Assembly: GCF_000143415.4 (NCBI RefSeq)
Contig: NW_003314306.1
Span: 1,179,199 to 1,243,198, forward strand
Length of the DNA stretch: 64,000 bases
Source of the DNA: Selaginella moellendorffii
Lineage: Eukaryota > Plantae > Lycopodiophyta
Direction: 5' to 3'
Positions within the stretch are counted from its first letter, which is position 1; each line of letters starts with the position of its first letter. The position numbers and the translations under genes are program-made. The notes beneath the pieces were generated by a model. It saw only the letters and a program-made list of their open reading frames with translations. It made no database searches and was not told the origin of the DNA. This document shows, in pieces, positions 11,992-26,983 of this stretch.

Positions 11992-14133
11992 ATGCAACAC
12001 CCGGCTCTTGCAGCTCTTTTCATTCTCGCAAATGTCGCTTACCAGGGAGTGCATTCGCTCGAGATGCAACGAGTTGTTCTCCAGATCAACACCACCTCTC
12101 CAGTGGCTCGAATCAGCGAGAACTTCATCTGTGCGACGCTCGACTGGTGGCCACCCGAGAAGTGCGACTATGGATACTGCAGCTGGGGGCGAGCCTCGCT
12201 TCTCAATCTGGTAAGCACAGAAAACAGAGCACTCGCTCAATGCACAGCAAAAAGCTAGATTGAAAATCGACTTGCCTTTTTCTGTCTCCGTCCAGGATCT
12301 CTGGAATCCAAGGCTGGTTAACGCTGTCAAAGGTGTGAGCTTTTTCCACTGGAGATGCTGAATTCGATGCTTGACACTCGTTTTTCCAGGATTGTCTCCA
12401 TTACTGCTGAGACTGGGAGGATCACTCCAAGACCAGATTATTTACGAGGTTGGTGTCAGGCCGGGGCCATGCTTACCGCTTCAAAAGCAGCCTTCAGCCA
12501 TGTTTGGATTCACAGGCGGATGTCTCAACATGTCCCGATGGACGGAGCTAAATTCCTTTTTCGAAAAGACAGGGTGAGTCGTGATTGCAGAAAAAGTGAA
12601 AGCGAAGTTACCTGTGACTGAGATCTGCGGAAATCCTCATCTCGTCTTCACAGGGCTCTGGTGGCTTTCGGTCTGAATGCCCTCTACGGAAGGACCAAGT
12701 TCGGAGACAACGGTTTCAAAGGATCATGGGAGTCCTCCAATGCCAGGGACTTGATGAAATTCTCTCTGGACCATGGCTTTCCAATCGTAGCTTGGGAACT
12801 CGGTAAGTGATATCATCTGCTGCTTTCTCTGTCCGAACGCATGCTGACTCCTCGGAGCTTCAGGAAACGAGCTAAGTGGAAGCGGGGTCGGAACCAGCAT
12901 TAGTGCCAAGCAGTACGCGGCCGACATCAAAGAGCTTCGTTCCGTCGTAGATCAAGTGTATGCGAGATCCACCATCAAGCCTCAAGTGGTAGCACCGGAT
13001 GGTTTCTGGGATTACGGCTGGTTCCATGACTTTCTCCAAAGCACAGGGCCCAACGTCGTCAACGCCTGCTCCCATCACATCTACAACCTCGGACCTGGTA
13101 ATCAGAGCATCACGCATCAGAGACGAGAAAAAAAGAGAAGTACAGAAACACTAAAACGGGATTAAAACATGTTTCTTGCGCCTGTAGGAGTTGACACACA
13201 CCTCATCGAGAAGATAGTCAGCCCGAGTTACCTTAGTCAAGAAGCAGGGACCTTTGAGGGAGTGGAGAAGCTGATGAAAGCGTATGGAACCGAGGCCTGG
13301 GTTGGAGAAGCCGGAGGAGCATACAACAGTGGTCACCACAACGTTACCGACAGATATGTCTTCAGCTTCTGGTAAGAAAAGAAGATATTGGAAACCGTTA
13401 GAACACTATCTAATACTTGCGAGCTTACAGGTACCTCGACGAGCTGGGGATGTCTGCATACTACAATACCGCAGTGTACTGCAGGCAGTCCCTGATAGGA
13501 GGCAACTACGGACTCGTTGATCGCACATCATACGATTTGAATCCCGACTACTTCTCGTAAGTCTGTCGCGTTTTTCCCGCTTTCTAACACGTTCCTTTCG
13601 TCGCATTCAGGGCACTGCTTTGGAAGAAGCTAATGGGCCGGAACGTTTTCTCTGCAACTGCAGAAAACACACCGTACCTACGAACGTACGCACACTGCCT
13701 AAAAAGCAACCAGGTATACCAACTAAACTCCAGCAAAAACTTACACTTAGAAAGCCAACCTCTGATGTTTGTTTTCGGGCAGGGAGGATTGGCAGTCTTG
13801 ATAATAAATCTCAGCAACTCAACGCAGTACTCGGTCGACTTAAGCCTCACTCACAGTGAGAAGGACTGCTCCTGTAATAAACCAAGAACGAAGAAGTTAG
13901 CCGGAGCTGGAGTAAATGCTGAGAGGATGGAATACCACTTGACAGCTCCAAACGGAGACTTGCAAAGCCCAGTAATGCTGCTGAACGGGAAGCCACTCGT
14001 AGCAGGAGCAGATGGTAGCATACCAGAGTTAACTCCGGTGACAAGAACAAGTTCCTCGCCGGTTCTGGTGGATCCATACTCGATTGTCTTCGCGGTAATC
14101 CCAGAAGCAGGTGTCCAATCGTGCACACAATAG
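11992..14133 (+). CDS. Heparanase-like beta-glucuronidase (GH79), multi-exon
   Basis: Signal peptide; FICATLDWWPPEKCDYG, LRLGGSLQD, WELGNE (acid/base), AWVGEAGGAYNSG (nucleophile), YCRQSLIGGNYG, EYHLT. Confidence 0.95.
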
Positions 14134-14483
14134 TCACCGTCGGGGCCTGCAACAGAGAGATCACATCAATAGATACCGTCCAAACAGGAAAACAACACAG
14201 CCAAAGACAAACGAGAAAAAAAAAAGAGTGAAAGAGAAACAAAAACTTCCATTGAAAGAGAGAAAAATGCGAGACAACTAAGAAAAGTTTTCTGTGATCC
14301 TAAGGATGATGGAAAATGCAAGAGTCTTCAGCAGCAGCAGCAGCAGCTCTCTACCAACGTTGCTTATAGTATTTTTACAACCCTGCTATGTAACTTGAAA
14401 ATTCAAACACAGTCCGTGGACTTCGCCTAAGCAAGGCTCACCAGATCTCAATTCCAATCATAAAAATCTCATCTTATCTTCGC

Positions 14484-15839
<1,356 letters not shown>

Positions 15840-16651
15840 GATTCCCTGCACAGAAAAGCGGGCCTCAGGCTAGGGTAAAAATTCCCAATCCCAAATCCCT
15901 AGCATGGATGCAAAGATCTGGATTCTAGATCTCGGCCAGAGCTAGATCCTACCTCTTAGAGCAAAGAAAGAGCGGATTCCAGCAAGATCCGAGATGCCGC
16001 AGCCAAGGCGCCGATGATAGCCGCCTTGCGCCTTGTCCACGCAAAGAAAGAAAACGAGAGAGCGGGCGAATAAACCCTAGCCAGTCGAGACACGTTCTAC
16101 AAATTTCACCACGTTGGGCAGCACACACGGCGTGATCGCCGGTTCGAGTACAGTCCCCGCCACAAAATGCCAGCCCTCGGATGCAACCGGATATTCCAAA
16201 CCACCGGCTGCAATCATGGCGCCCACGGCCGTTGGATGCGGGCAGAAGAAACGATCGCGGCCGCTCGTTCCAATCCCCGCGCGCGGGAGAAAGGCCATTG
16301 AATCTGGCGCTGTCAATGGGCCAGGTGGCAGCTGGCGAGTTGTGGACGGTGGTGGCCAGCGCGGACAAAAAGGAGCATATGCTTTCCATGCTAGCAAAAG
16401 AAAGAAAAAGAGGGAAATGGATGAATTATAGGGACCACCACATGGACTCTGCCTATAGTTCTTTTAAAAGATAGAGCCATTTGCGAGGTTCTTGTGAGAT
16501 TTTGATGATACCTTACATACACCTTGGATTACAACGTTATGATATTATCTACAAGCCTTAAGCCACCACCACATTATTATTATTTCCTGTGCGCGGTAGC
16601 CATCGATGCATGGAGAACGAACGGAACAAAATTCTCCATTTTCTCGGCAGC

Positions 16652-17985
16652 TCAAGCGGCAACTGCCACCGGCTTTTTGCTTGTTTTGATGCCTTTGATC
16701 GCTGCCAAGCAAGAAAAAAAAATTTTAAAAAAAAATCGTGAGCAAAGTACGATGATGTTTCGAAAGTTTTGGCTACCTTCTGAATAGCTCTTGGCACCAA
16801 AAACTGCTGATCCTGCTACAACGGCATTCGCACCAGCTTCAATCACCTGCGAAGTTCACAGACTGTAAGCCAATCGATCCAAAAGCTAAAAAACAAAAAA
16901 AAAACAGACCTTGTAAGCATTTGAGGGAGTTACTCCACCATCAACCTCGATCCACGGGTTTACTCCCTGCAAGTGTTCATAAGTCTATCGGCGATCACAA
17001 TCCAAGTTACAAACCTTCTCAGCGCACAACCTCTTCAAGTCAGAGATCTTCTTTACTTGGCTCTCGATGAAGCTCTGTCCTCCAAAACCGGGATTTACTG
17101 ACATGATCAGCACCAAGTCCACAACTGCAATCGGAAAAAGATTTCTTTTTAGCGACGAGCATCTCTATAATACAAGACAAAACGCTCACCTTCAAGCACG
17201 TACTCGATGGCTCCCAATGGCGTGGCCGGGTTTAAAACAACACCAGCTTTACAGCCGAGATCTTTAATCTGGACACGAGAAGAAACCATTAAAAACTCAT
17301 AGGATACTCCGCAACATACTTGATTGATGGTACGATGTAAATGGATAGTGGAAGCATTCTCACAGTGGACACTGATGATATCAGCACCCGCCTTCGCGAA
17401 ATCGGGAACTCTTTGCTCGGGCTCCACGATCATCTGAAAAGAAAGTATGAACTTCAAGCATGCCACAAACTCATAAATGAAAAGCCACGAACCAAGTGCA
17501 CGTCGAGAGGAAGATCAGTGACAGGTCTCAAGGAATCCACAACCAGAGGGCCGATTGTTATGTTTGGAACAAACCTTCCATCCATGACATCTACATGGAT
17601 CCAATCACACCCTGCTGCTTCCACTGCTTTAACCTGGAGCTCTAGGCTTTTAAAAACTTCTTCTTTAGAAGGAAAAAAAAAACATATTTCACCTGTTCTC
17701 CCAGCTTCGAGAAATTCGCAGAAAGGATCGATGGCGAGACAATCACATCCTTCTTTGAGAATTTGTCCACCCGTGAGGATGCATTGACTTGTAAGCTGAA
17801 TCCTCTCCCCTGGCTGAGGAAAATCCATGAAATTTGCCGACTGTATACAGAGACTCATACCTCGTCGATGATTTCGCAGTAGAAATCCGACCGCAATCCT
17901 GATTGCGCCCCCAGAACGAGCTCTGCGAGCTCGAAGGAGACGCCACAGCGAGCGCGGCATTGTGCGCCATGAATGTTCCAGCCAT
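16652..17985 (-). CDS. RPE: Ribulose-phosphate 3-epimerase, plastid, multi-exon
   Basis: Transit peptide, [58 protein letters not shown]. Confidence 0.97.
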
Positions 17986-19172
<1,187 letters not shown>

Positions 19173-19341
19173 AAGCTTTTTTTTTTCCCTTCGAGCTTAT
19201 TGAGAATCACTCAAGTTTTTAAAAGTTTGCGATCTCTATTAGAGCTTTATGGAAGAACTGTTGGAAGTTTAAAATCGTCTACAAAGTTTTAGTGTAAGAA
19301 TCTAAAGTGTTAAAAGATTGCAAAAACCATTCATATCTATT

Positions 19342-20496
19342 TCATTGAGAACTTATCCAACATTGCGAGTTCGCAGTCTTAGAAGAGTCTAGAAGAGCTC
19401 TCTCCAAGTCGTGGACTCTCCTCTCAAGCTTGGCGATGGTGGTGTTTTGCCACTGGATCCCTTCCAGGCACTTGGCCACCATCGCCTTGAGCTGCGCATT
19501 GTCCTCCATGAGCTTCTTCACCACGTCCACGTCCATCTTCTCGCCACCTTCCATGCTTGTTTGCCCGGAGATTTGATCTTGCTCGACCGCTTCACACGAG
19601 ACTGGAACTTCCTGGTCAATCTTCTCGGGGCTGCGAAGATCTTCCTCCTCCGAGATCGTGCTCTCCGGCTCGGTGTCCATCGAGTCCTCGGCATCGCCGC
19701 GCTTGACGATGAAGAAACCATCGTCCTGATCGTTCTCCGCGTCTTCGATCTCGATGTCTTGAGCCTCTTCTCCATCGGGGTCATCCTCCGCGTCCTCGAT
19801 CTGGATGTCCTGAGCTTTGCTTCTGTTCTTCTCGTGCTCTTCTCGATCTTTGTCCTCCATGGGCTTCGAGAATTGCTGGAGCTCCACGATCAAGGCCTTC
19901 CTCACTTCCTTGACGAGGGGCTGGACAGCGTCGATCTCGTCCAGCTTCAGTAGAAGGAGCGTCACGCGCTCGTTGAGCATCATCCTCTCCTTGCGATCCT
20001 CCAGGATGGCGTTAAACTTGGCAGCATCGGCCACACTCTCCCTGATCACCGCGAAGTCCTTCGCGATCGCCTTGATGCTGCGCAGCTGCTTGATGGGCTT
20101 CCATCGCCTCACAAGAAACCCGCGAAACACCGCCTGGATCTTCCGGGCCGCGTCGTCTTGGGATTGAAACGTGAAGATCTTCTTGGGAATCTTCTCGGGC
20201 TTGGCTGCTGCCGCCGCCGCCGACCTCTTGGGAGAAGGAACCCTAGCTTCCTCGATCGGGATGTCGATCACGGGCTCCTTCCGCGGAGGAGACTTCCGCG
20301 GCGCCGGAGAAGAAGGTTTGCGAGCCTCATACCTTGGATCCCTTTGCTGCTGCTGCTTCTTCGGACCACCGCCTCTGGAGAAATTCTGGGCGAAATTTGG
20401 CGCGTAGAACGAAGAGAATGGATCGAAGGGTCCCTTCGATCGACCGCCAAAGCCGCCCCAGCCACCATCACTGAAGAGATCATCCATAAACGCCAT
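19342..20496 (-). CDS. IQ + BAG domain co-chaperone (BAG5/6-like)
   Basis: AARKIQAVFRGFLVRR (IQ), LNERVTLLLLKLDEI...VRKALI (BAG), acidic region and C-terminal coiled coil; HSE-like TTCTAGAA at ~20573. Confidence 0.85.
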   Translation of the reverse strand: MAFMDDLFSDGGWGGFGGRSKGPFDPFSSFYAPNFAQNFSRGGGPKKQQQQRDPRYEARKPSSPAPRKSPPRKEPVIDIPIEEARVPSPKRSAAAAAAKPEKIPKKIFTFQSQDDAARKIQAVFRGFLVRRWKPIKQLRSIKAIAKDFAVIRESVADAAKFNAILEDRKERMMLNERVTLLLLKLDEIDAVQPLVKEVRKALIVELQQFSKPMEDKDREEHEKNRSKAQDIQIEDAEDDPDGEEAQDIEIEDAENDQDDGFFIVKRGDAEDSMDTEPESTISEEEDLRSPEKIDQEVPVSCEAVEQDQISGQTSMEGGEKMDVDVVKKLMEDNAQLKAMVAKCLEGIQWQNTTIAKLERRVHDLERALLDSSKTANSQCWISSQ

Positions 20497-20740
20497 TACC
20501 GAAGAAGAAAAAGGATTTCTACAGAACCCTAAAGCTACCACGCGGACTTTATTTGCAAATCCTTTTGGGAGATTCTAGAACGCCCCAGATGGTTTCCAAG
20601 CATATTCCCCTTCCAGTCTCACAGCATATTCGCTATTTAAAAATTTGATCTTGGCGGAAAAGCTACTCCAACAACGCACTAGCGCTTGGATACAAATTCC
20701 TCGCGCCTCCATATCCTCGCTACCATATCCTCGATCGGAT

Positions 20741-21618
20741 ATGGATCAGCTAGTATCATTGTTTGTGGCGCTCACAGTTCTTTCGGGCAAGTCTCTAGGA
20801 TTTCTATACCTATTACTGATCAATTCCATGCCATCGCAGGATCCGTGGCACACCAGACGAAGATCAATCTCTACAACGCGTGCCAATTCCCCGTGTGGCC
20901 GGCCTGGATCCCCAATGCCGGCGTTGCCCAAATCGCCCCCGGGGGCGCCAAGATCCAACCTTACGAGTCCATTCATCTCCTCGCCCCCTGGGGCTGGTCT
21001 GGCCGATTCTGGGGTCGAACGGACTGCTCCTCCTCCATCGCTGCGATCAATTCAAGCAACACGGCTAACAACCACACGATGAACACGATGATCGACTGCG
21101 AGACAGGGGACTGCAATGGCGAGCTCGGGTGCTCCTCGCCGGGCCTTCCTCCCGCAACGCTAGTGGAATTCACCCCGCTGCGCGATCCCCACGCGCTGCT
21201 CGACCACTACGACGTCTCACTCGTCGACGGCTACAATCTCCCGGTCAGAGTCATCCCCTCGTCGGGCAGCTGCAAATCCGCAGGGTGCAGCGCCAGTGCC
21301 GCCGATCTCCTCGCGCGCTGCCCGCCCGAGCTCGCGATCCGGAGGAGCGGCGGCGACGCGGGCGTGATCGCCTGCAAGAGCCCCTGCCTGGCGTTCAAGG
21401 AGGACAGGTACTACTGTACGGGCGAGTACGGCAGCGCACGGAAGTGCCGCCCCAGTCCGTACTCGCGATGCTTCAAGCGCTCTTGCCCGGACGCCTATAG
21501 CTACGCGTTTGATTCGCTCGACTCGGGCTTCGCATGCCCGTCCGGGGCCGAGTACACGATCGTGTTTTGTCCCAGGAGCTATGGCCATGGATCCAGCGAG
21601 AGTTCTAGTTCCTGGTGA
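20741..21618 (+). CDS. Thaumatin-like protein (PR-5)
   Basis: Signal-peptide exon 20741-20786, GC-AG intron 20787-20839; WSGRFWGRTDC, PPATLVEF, YDVSLVDGYNLP, CPDAYSYAFD, YTIVFCP. Confidence 0.93.
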
Positions 21619-21787
21619 GAAAACACCGTATAACTTTTCATATATTAATTTACAGCGCATGGAACTTGAATTGTGTGCCTATGAATTGAAGAATGCCTGG
21701 ATCGATCGATCGGACCTATCATCTTTTGTTCTTGGTTTTGGAGTTTCACTTTGATGTATGATCTTTTGCTCTTGGGATTCGGGGTTT

Positions 21788-23012
21788 TCACTTGATGTGG
21801 GAGTCGTAGATCGTGAATAAGCTGTCGGTGATGAGCAGTGGCAGCTTGTCAATGTACATGAACAGCCGCTGCAAATTCTCCCGCGACAGTTCCACCATGT
21901 CCTGCGAGTCGGAAACATCGGTGAAAACCCACAAGTCCCGCGAATTCACTCGCTTCAAGCTGTCACGGCAAAACGGACACGATTGAGCTCTCGAATGCCT
22001 GGAACCAAAAAAAAAAAAAAAAAAAACAAAGAGAACGAACAAAGTAGAACATCTCTAAAGACCAAACTCTTGGAAACGTACCATTCTCTGTAGCATCGTA
22101 TACACATTGCGTGATTGCATCCCGGCAGCGCGATTTTGCTGTTGGCCTCGAGGCAAATCCCACACTCTTGCTCCCGCTCCACGTCCAAATCGCTCATCCG
22201 CCCCCGTTCCTCGTCGCCTTTCCGCTTAAACTTCTCCAGGCACGCGGCGCGCTGCTTGATCGCCTCCACTTCCGTGATCCCACCTTGCAACTGCTGCAAA
22301 GAAGGATAAATATACGCTGGAACAAGCACAAATCTTTCCAAAATCACTTAACGGGCTCTTCACTTCGTCTACAAGCTTACCGTAGAACTCCCGTAGGCTA
22401 GCTTTTCGTTCGTGCGTGGACATGGTGGTTGTGCCATCCACATAAACCTGCGGATCATTTACGAGAAACCAGCCAGTCAGTGTGGATCAAACGCGCCAAA
22501 CTATTAAAGACAGGATAAAATCAAGAAGAAAAAGAAGATCTCCAGCACAGAATGCTTGCTGACCTGAAACAATTTGCCGGATTCTAACGACAAAAACTTC
22601 CCACAGAAAACAAAAGAGGGGAGAGATTCGAAGTTTACGACGATCTAGAGAGCGAAAACTAAACTGACCTTGTAGATGAGAATTCTTATCAGGCCCAAAG
22701 CTCCGGCGAGGCTACAATCCGTCCAGCGAACGAGAAAGAGGAAGAAATGCGCCGCGGGGCTGTAAGAGAGCCTCATCTGGAGGCAAGCGCCATCGTATCC
22801 TCTTGGAAACTCGGATGCCCTGCGAAAGAATTCATCACAAAGTAAGAATCGCGAAGAAAAGCCCTCAAGAACACAAGAACACCAATATGCTATAGAACGA
22901 GCAGAGTTTCCACTGATCACACTTACAATGTGTTGGCGTGTTGGATGTCCGCCTCGAGTGACTTGAGAGACTCCTTGAAAGATTTGCCATGGCGCTTTGT
23001 CACAAGGATCAT
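21788..23012 (-). CDS. C3HC4 RING E3 ligase, AIRP2-like, multi-exon
   Basis: SFKESLKSLEADIQHANTL, DGACLQMRLSYSPAAH, RKASLREFY, ECGICLE...PGCNHAMCIRCYREW...CPFCRDSLKRV. Confidence 0.92.
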
Positions 23013-23408
23013 CTCGCAAGTAACCCCCTCTCACTAGTTCTTAATTTTGGATTTTTTCCTCGATTCACTTCACGGAGAATCCCTGCCTCCACTGTGGATT
23101 GGAACCTCTGCCATCCAATCCCTTTCCCTTCTTCCCCGGAGCCCTATCTCTTTGGCAAGTACCGCATTTGGGGTGCATAGCTCTCCCTCCTCTCTCTCCC
23201 CGCTCTAGGAAAGAAATCCAGCAACGAGAAAAAAAGGAAACAATCCCGCAAGAAAATCGGGAATTCCCACAAAAGGCCTACCCCACGGGCGATGCGATTG
23301 GCGATCGACCCCGCCCAGACGCTGCGAGGAACGCAAAGAAGCCGCTCAACCGCAACACGAAACAAAGCCAGCCACAGGGAGCTTTTTCACCGGGGTTACT
23401 TACCGCAC

Positions 23409-23543
23409 GCCACGTGTCAGGGCGGGCGCTGACGTGTCCGTGACGCAGCGAACACGTGGCGGATTGCCGGGGCCGTTGTGGGGCCCAACCGTGGCACCAA
23501 CGTGTCGCCAAATATAACAGCTGGAAAAAATACGTGTGAGTCA
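23409..23543. promoter_or_regulatory. ABRE/G-box cluster in the divergent RING / UBA-PUB intergenic region
   Basis: GCCACGTGTC 23409, GACGTGTC 23431, ACACGTGGC 23452, AACGTGTC 23499, TACGTG 23531, TGAGTCA 23537; GGGCCCA site II at ~23481. Confidence 0.7.
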
Positions 23544-23641
23544 TCCTTTATTGTTTGATCTTAGCGACGACCATTTTGATTTGATAAGGGTTTGATATAT
23601 AAGGGCTTGGTTTTAGGGTTAGGGTTTGAGAAGGAAGAGCT

Positions 23642-24871
23642 ATGGCAGGACTTTCTCTTCAGTGTGGAGATTGCGGCGCGGCTCTTCGGACCGTGGAAGA
23701 GGCGCAGGAGCACGCGGAGATCTCAGGCCACGCGAATTTCGTGGAATCAACGCAAGCGGTCCTCAATCTGGTATGCACAGCCTGCGGCAAGCCCTGCCGA
23801 TCGCAGACGGAGGTGGATCTCCACACCAAGCGCACTGGCCATGTCGATTTCGCGGACAAGACGGCCGAGGCGGCCAAGCCCGTGGTCCTGGAGAGCGGCA
23901 GCAAGCCCGAGATGATGGACGTGGATCCGAAAGAGGAGATGCAAGCTCCGGAGGTGAACCAGCAGCTCCTCGAGGAGCTGGAAGCGATGGGATTCCCGCG
24001 CGCTCGATCCGTCCGGAGCTTGTTCTACAGCAAGGCCGAGAACTTGGAAGGCGCTGTGAATTGGATCGTGGAGCACGAGAACGATCCGGATATTGATGAG
24101 GAGCTCTTGGTTCCGGCGAGCTCGCTAAAGCCGGCTCTCACTCCCGAGGAGGCCAAGGCTAAGGCGCAAGAATTGGTGGAGCGAGCACGGAAGAAGAAAG
24201 AGGAGGAGGAGAAGAGGCTGGAGAGGGAGCGAGAGAAGGAGAGGATCCGCGTCGGGAAGGAGCTCCTCGAGGCCAAGCGCAAGGAGGAGGACAGCGAGAG
24301 GAAGCGGATCCTCATGTACAGGAAGGCGGAGAAGGAGGAGGAGAAGCGCGCGAGGGAGAAGATCCGGCAAAAGATCGAGGAGGATCGAGCGGAGAGGCGG
24401 CGGAAGCTGGGCTTGCCGCCGGAAGAACCCAAGCCGGCTGATCAAGCAGCAGCGCCACTCGCAGCTCCAGCGGCAGCTCGTCCAGCAGACGAAACCAAGC
24501 CAGTCCAGCAGCCAAAGGCAGCGTCCAAGGCCGAAGAGCTCCGGAGCTGCCTGAGATCCATCAAGCAATCTCACAAGGATCAGGACGCGAAGGTGAAGAA
24601 GGCGTTCCAGACGCTCCAGACTTACGTGGGGAACATTGGACGCGCCCCGCAGGAGGAGAAGTTTCGCAAGATCCGGGTGACCAATCCCACGTTCCAGGAG
24701 CGCGTCGGGGATCTCGGCGGCGTCAAGTTTCTGGAGCTGTGCGGCTTCGAGCTGGACCCGAGCGGCGAGTTTTTGAACCTGGCGGCCCAGAGTGTCGACA
24801 TTGGGGTGCTGAGAGCCGCAGACAAGGAGCTCTCATCGGCGATCACCAATCCCTTCTTCGGCGTTCTCTAG
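23642..24871 (+). CDS. C2H2 zinc-finger + UBA + coiled-coil + PUB domain protein (CDC48 adaptor-like)
   Basis: CGDCG...HAE..GH and CTACGKPC...HTKRTGH fingers, LEAMGFP (UBA), [18 protein letters not shown]...FLELCGF (PUB); intronless. Confidence 0.93.
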   Translation: MAGLSLQCGDCGAALRTVEEAQEHAEISGHANFVESTQAVLNLVCTACGKPCRSQTEVDLHTKRTGHVDFADKTAEAAKPVVLESGSKPEMMDVDPKEEMQAPEVNQQLLEELEAMGFPRARSVRSLFYSKAENLEGAVNWIVEHENDPDIDEELLVPASSLKPALTPEEAKAKAQELVERARKKKEEEEKRLEREREKERIRVGKELLEAKRKEEDSERKRILMYRKAEKEEEKRAREKIRQKIEEDRAERRRKLGLPPEEPKPADQAAAPLAAPAAARPADETKPVQQPKAASKAEELRSCLRSIKQSHKDQDAKVKKAFQTLQTYVGNIGRAPQEEKFRKIRVTNPTFQERVGDLGGVKFLELCGFELDPSGEFLNLAAQSVDIGVLRAADKELSSAITNPFFGVL

Positions 24872-24908
24872 ACATTTTCCCCAAGAGCCCTAAACATTTA
24901 TAAAGTTA

Positions 24909-24972
24909 AAGAACCCTAAAAGTGATGTTTACGAAGAACCCTAAAAGTGATGTTTCCGAAGAACCCTAAAAG
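24909..24972 (+). repeat. 25-bp tandem repeat, ~2.5 copies, containing AACCCTA
   Basis: GAACCCTAAAAGTGATGTTT(A/C)CGAA repeated, just 3' of the PUB gene. Confidence 0.85.
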
Positions 24973-25239
24973 GTCATTGTCTAAAAATAAGTAGATGACG
25001 GAATATCCTCACGCGGATATACAAGCAGGGACACAAAGGACGAAAGGGCTTTTCTTTGCGTATACAGGATGATGCGGCGGCGGAATCGATCGCAAGTGGC
25101 CAAGATCCCCTGGCTGCCAGATCTGACCCCCTTCGACGACGATGGATCCGGGTTGATTTGACCGTTCGCCTTCCTTCCCCCGTGCTGTCAAAGATTGACG
25201 CTTCTTGGGGATCGTCTCGTCTCCTCTCGTTTGTTGGCG

Positions 25240-25659
25240 ATGGCGAAGCTGACACCAGGGATTGTTGCGGTGATTATGGTGTCTGGGAGCGTGATCTACA
25301 TCGCGGCCAACAGGTTCCACCGGCTCAAGCAGCAGAATTTCGAGGATCTGGCGCCCGCCGCAAAGCCCAAGAAGAAGGTCCGCTTCTCCGACTCGGTCGT
25401 GGAGCCCAAGGGCGACAATCGCGAGTTTCGGAGGTCTCGCAAGGCTCGGGGGAGCGTCAATCAGGAAATTTCGGATCAGGGAGGCGAGCCGGCGCCGGCA
25501 CCGAGCGCAGCTCCAGAGATTTCGGTGGATCGAGCGCCGCCGCCCGGCGATCACCGGCCAATCTCGAAGAAAGTGGAGGCGCTGCTGGGATCCAATCTGC
25601 CCGCTAACAGGATCGCGCTCTACTCGGACAGGTATCACGATCGCCTCCTCAAGGTCTGA
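25240..25659 (+). CDS. Small plant-specific membrane-anchored protein with KKVRF (RVxF-type) motif
   Basis: N-terminal TM (IVAVIMVSGSV), KKKVRFSDSVVEP.GDN.EFRR and C-terminal PANRIALY..DR, as in a conserved plant family of unknown function. Confidence 0.75.
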   Translation: MAKLTPGIVAVIMVSGSVIYIAANRFHRLKQQNFEDLAPAAKPKKKVRFSDSVVEPKGDNREFRRSRKARGSVNQEISDQGGEPAPAPSAAPEISVDRAPPPGDHRPISKKVEALLGSNLPANRIALYSDRYHDRLLKV

Positions 25660-26332
25660 CGCGAGCGATTGATTGATTGCCCGGCTCCTCCTCTCCCATT
25701 CTTTCTTTCGGTTCGATCGATTGTCAATTTTCTCTCTAACTCCACCGATCGCCACATTCGTTGCGTGACCTTTTCTCTTCCGGTACTGGTTTTCGTTTTT
25801 TTCCTGTTCTACTCTTCATTTTCCCGGCAAAAAGGGGGCTTTCAACATCTGGGGTGTCCTTCGCTTGGCTGCTTCGAAAAAAATTCGTGCGTGGCGACGA
25901 CGGCCTCCCTCCACTTGCAGCTCCGAGTGGGCGGCGCAGCGAGAGAACAAGAGCAACAGTCAATCTCGCTGGAATCATTGGCGACGGAAGAAATCCCAGT
26001 AGCCAATGCGAGCGTCTCAAGATAAGAGATCCTTTCGTGGAAAGAGCAAGAACAATTGGTTATAGTGGTCGGTGGTGACCGGTCAGTGGTGATCCAGTGG
26101 TCAGTCTCCACCCAATTATTGACGGACTTCTTTAAGCTTCCATTCTTATCCAACATAAATCTTTGGATCTAAGCTTAGATTGTCTACATTGAAAAAGATT
26201 CCATTCCATGAACCCTAAAATCTCGAGACAAAACAAAGGATTTTTGGAACTATAGTAGTGTCCGTACAGAAATGCAAAAGAGAATTTACAAGCCTGGGGC
26301 TCACTCCCAAGATTGCTTGCGTGGAATTCGCC

Positions 26333-26941
<609 letters not shown>

Positions 26942-26983
26942 TCACAAGGCTAGAACCCTAATGTAGCACGAAGTGGGGGAAGG

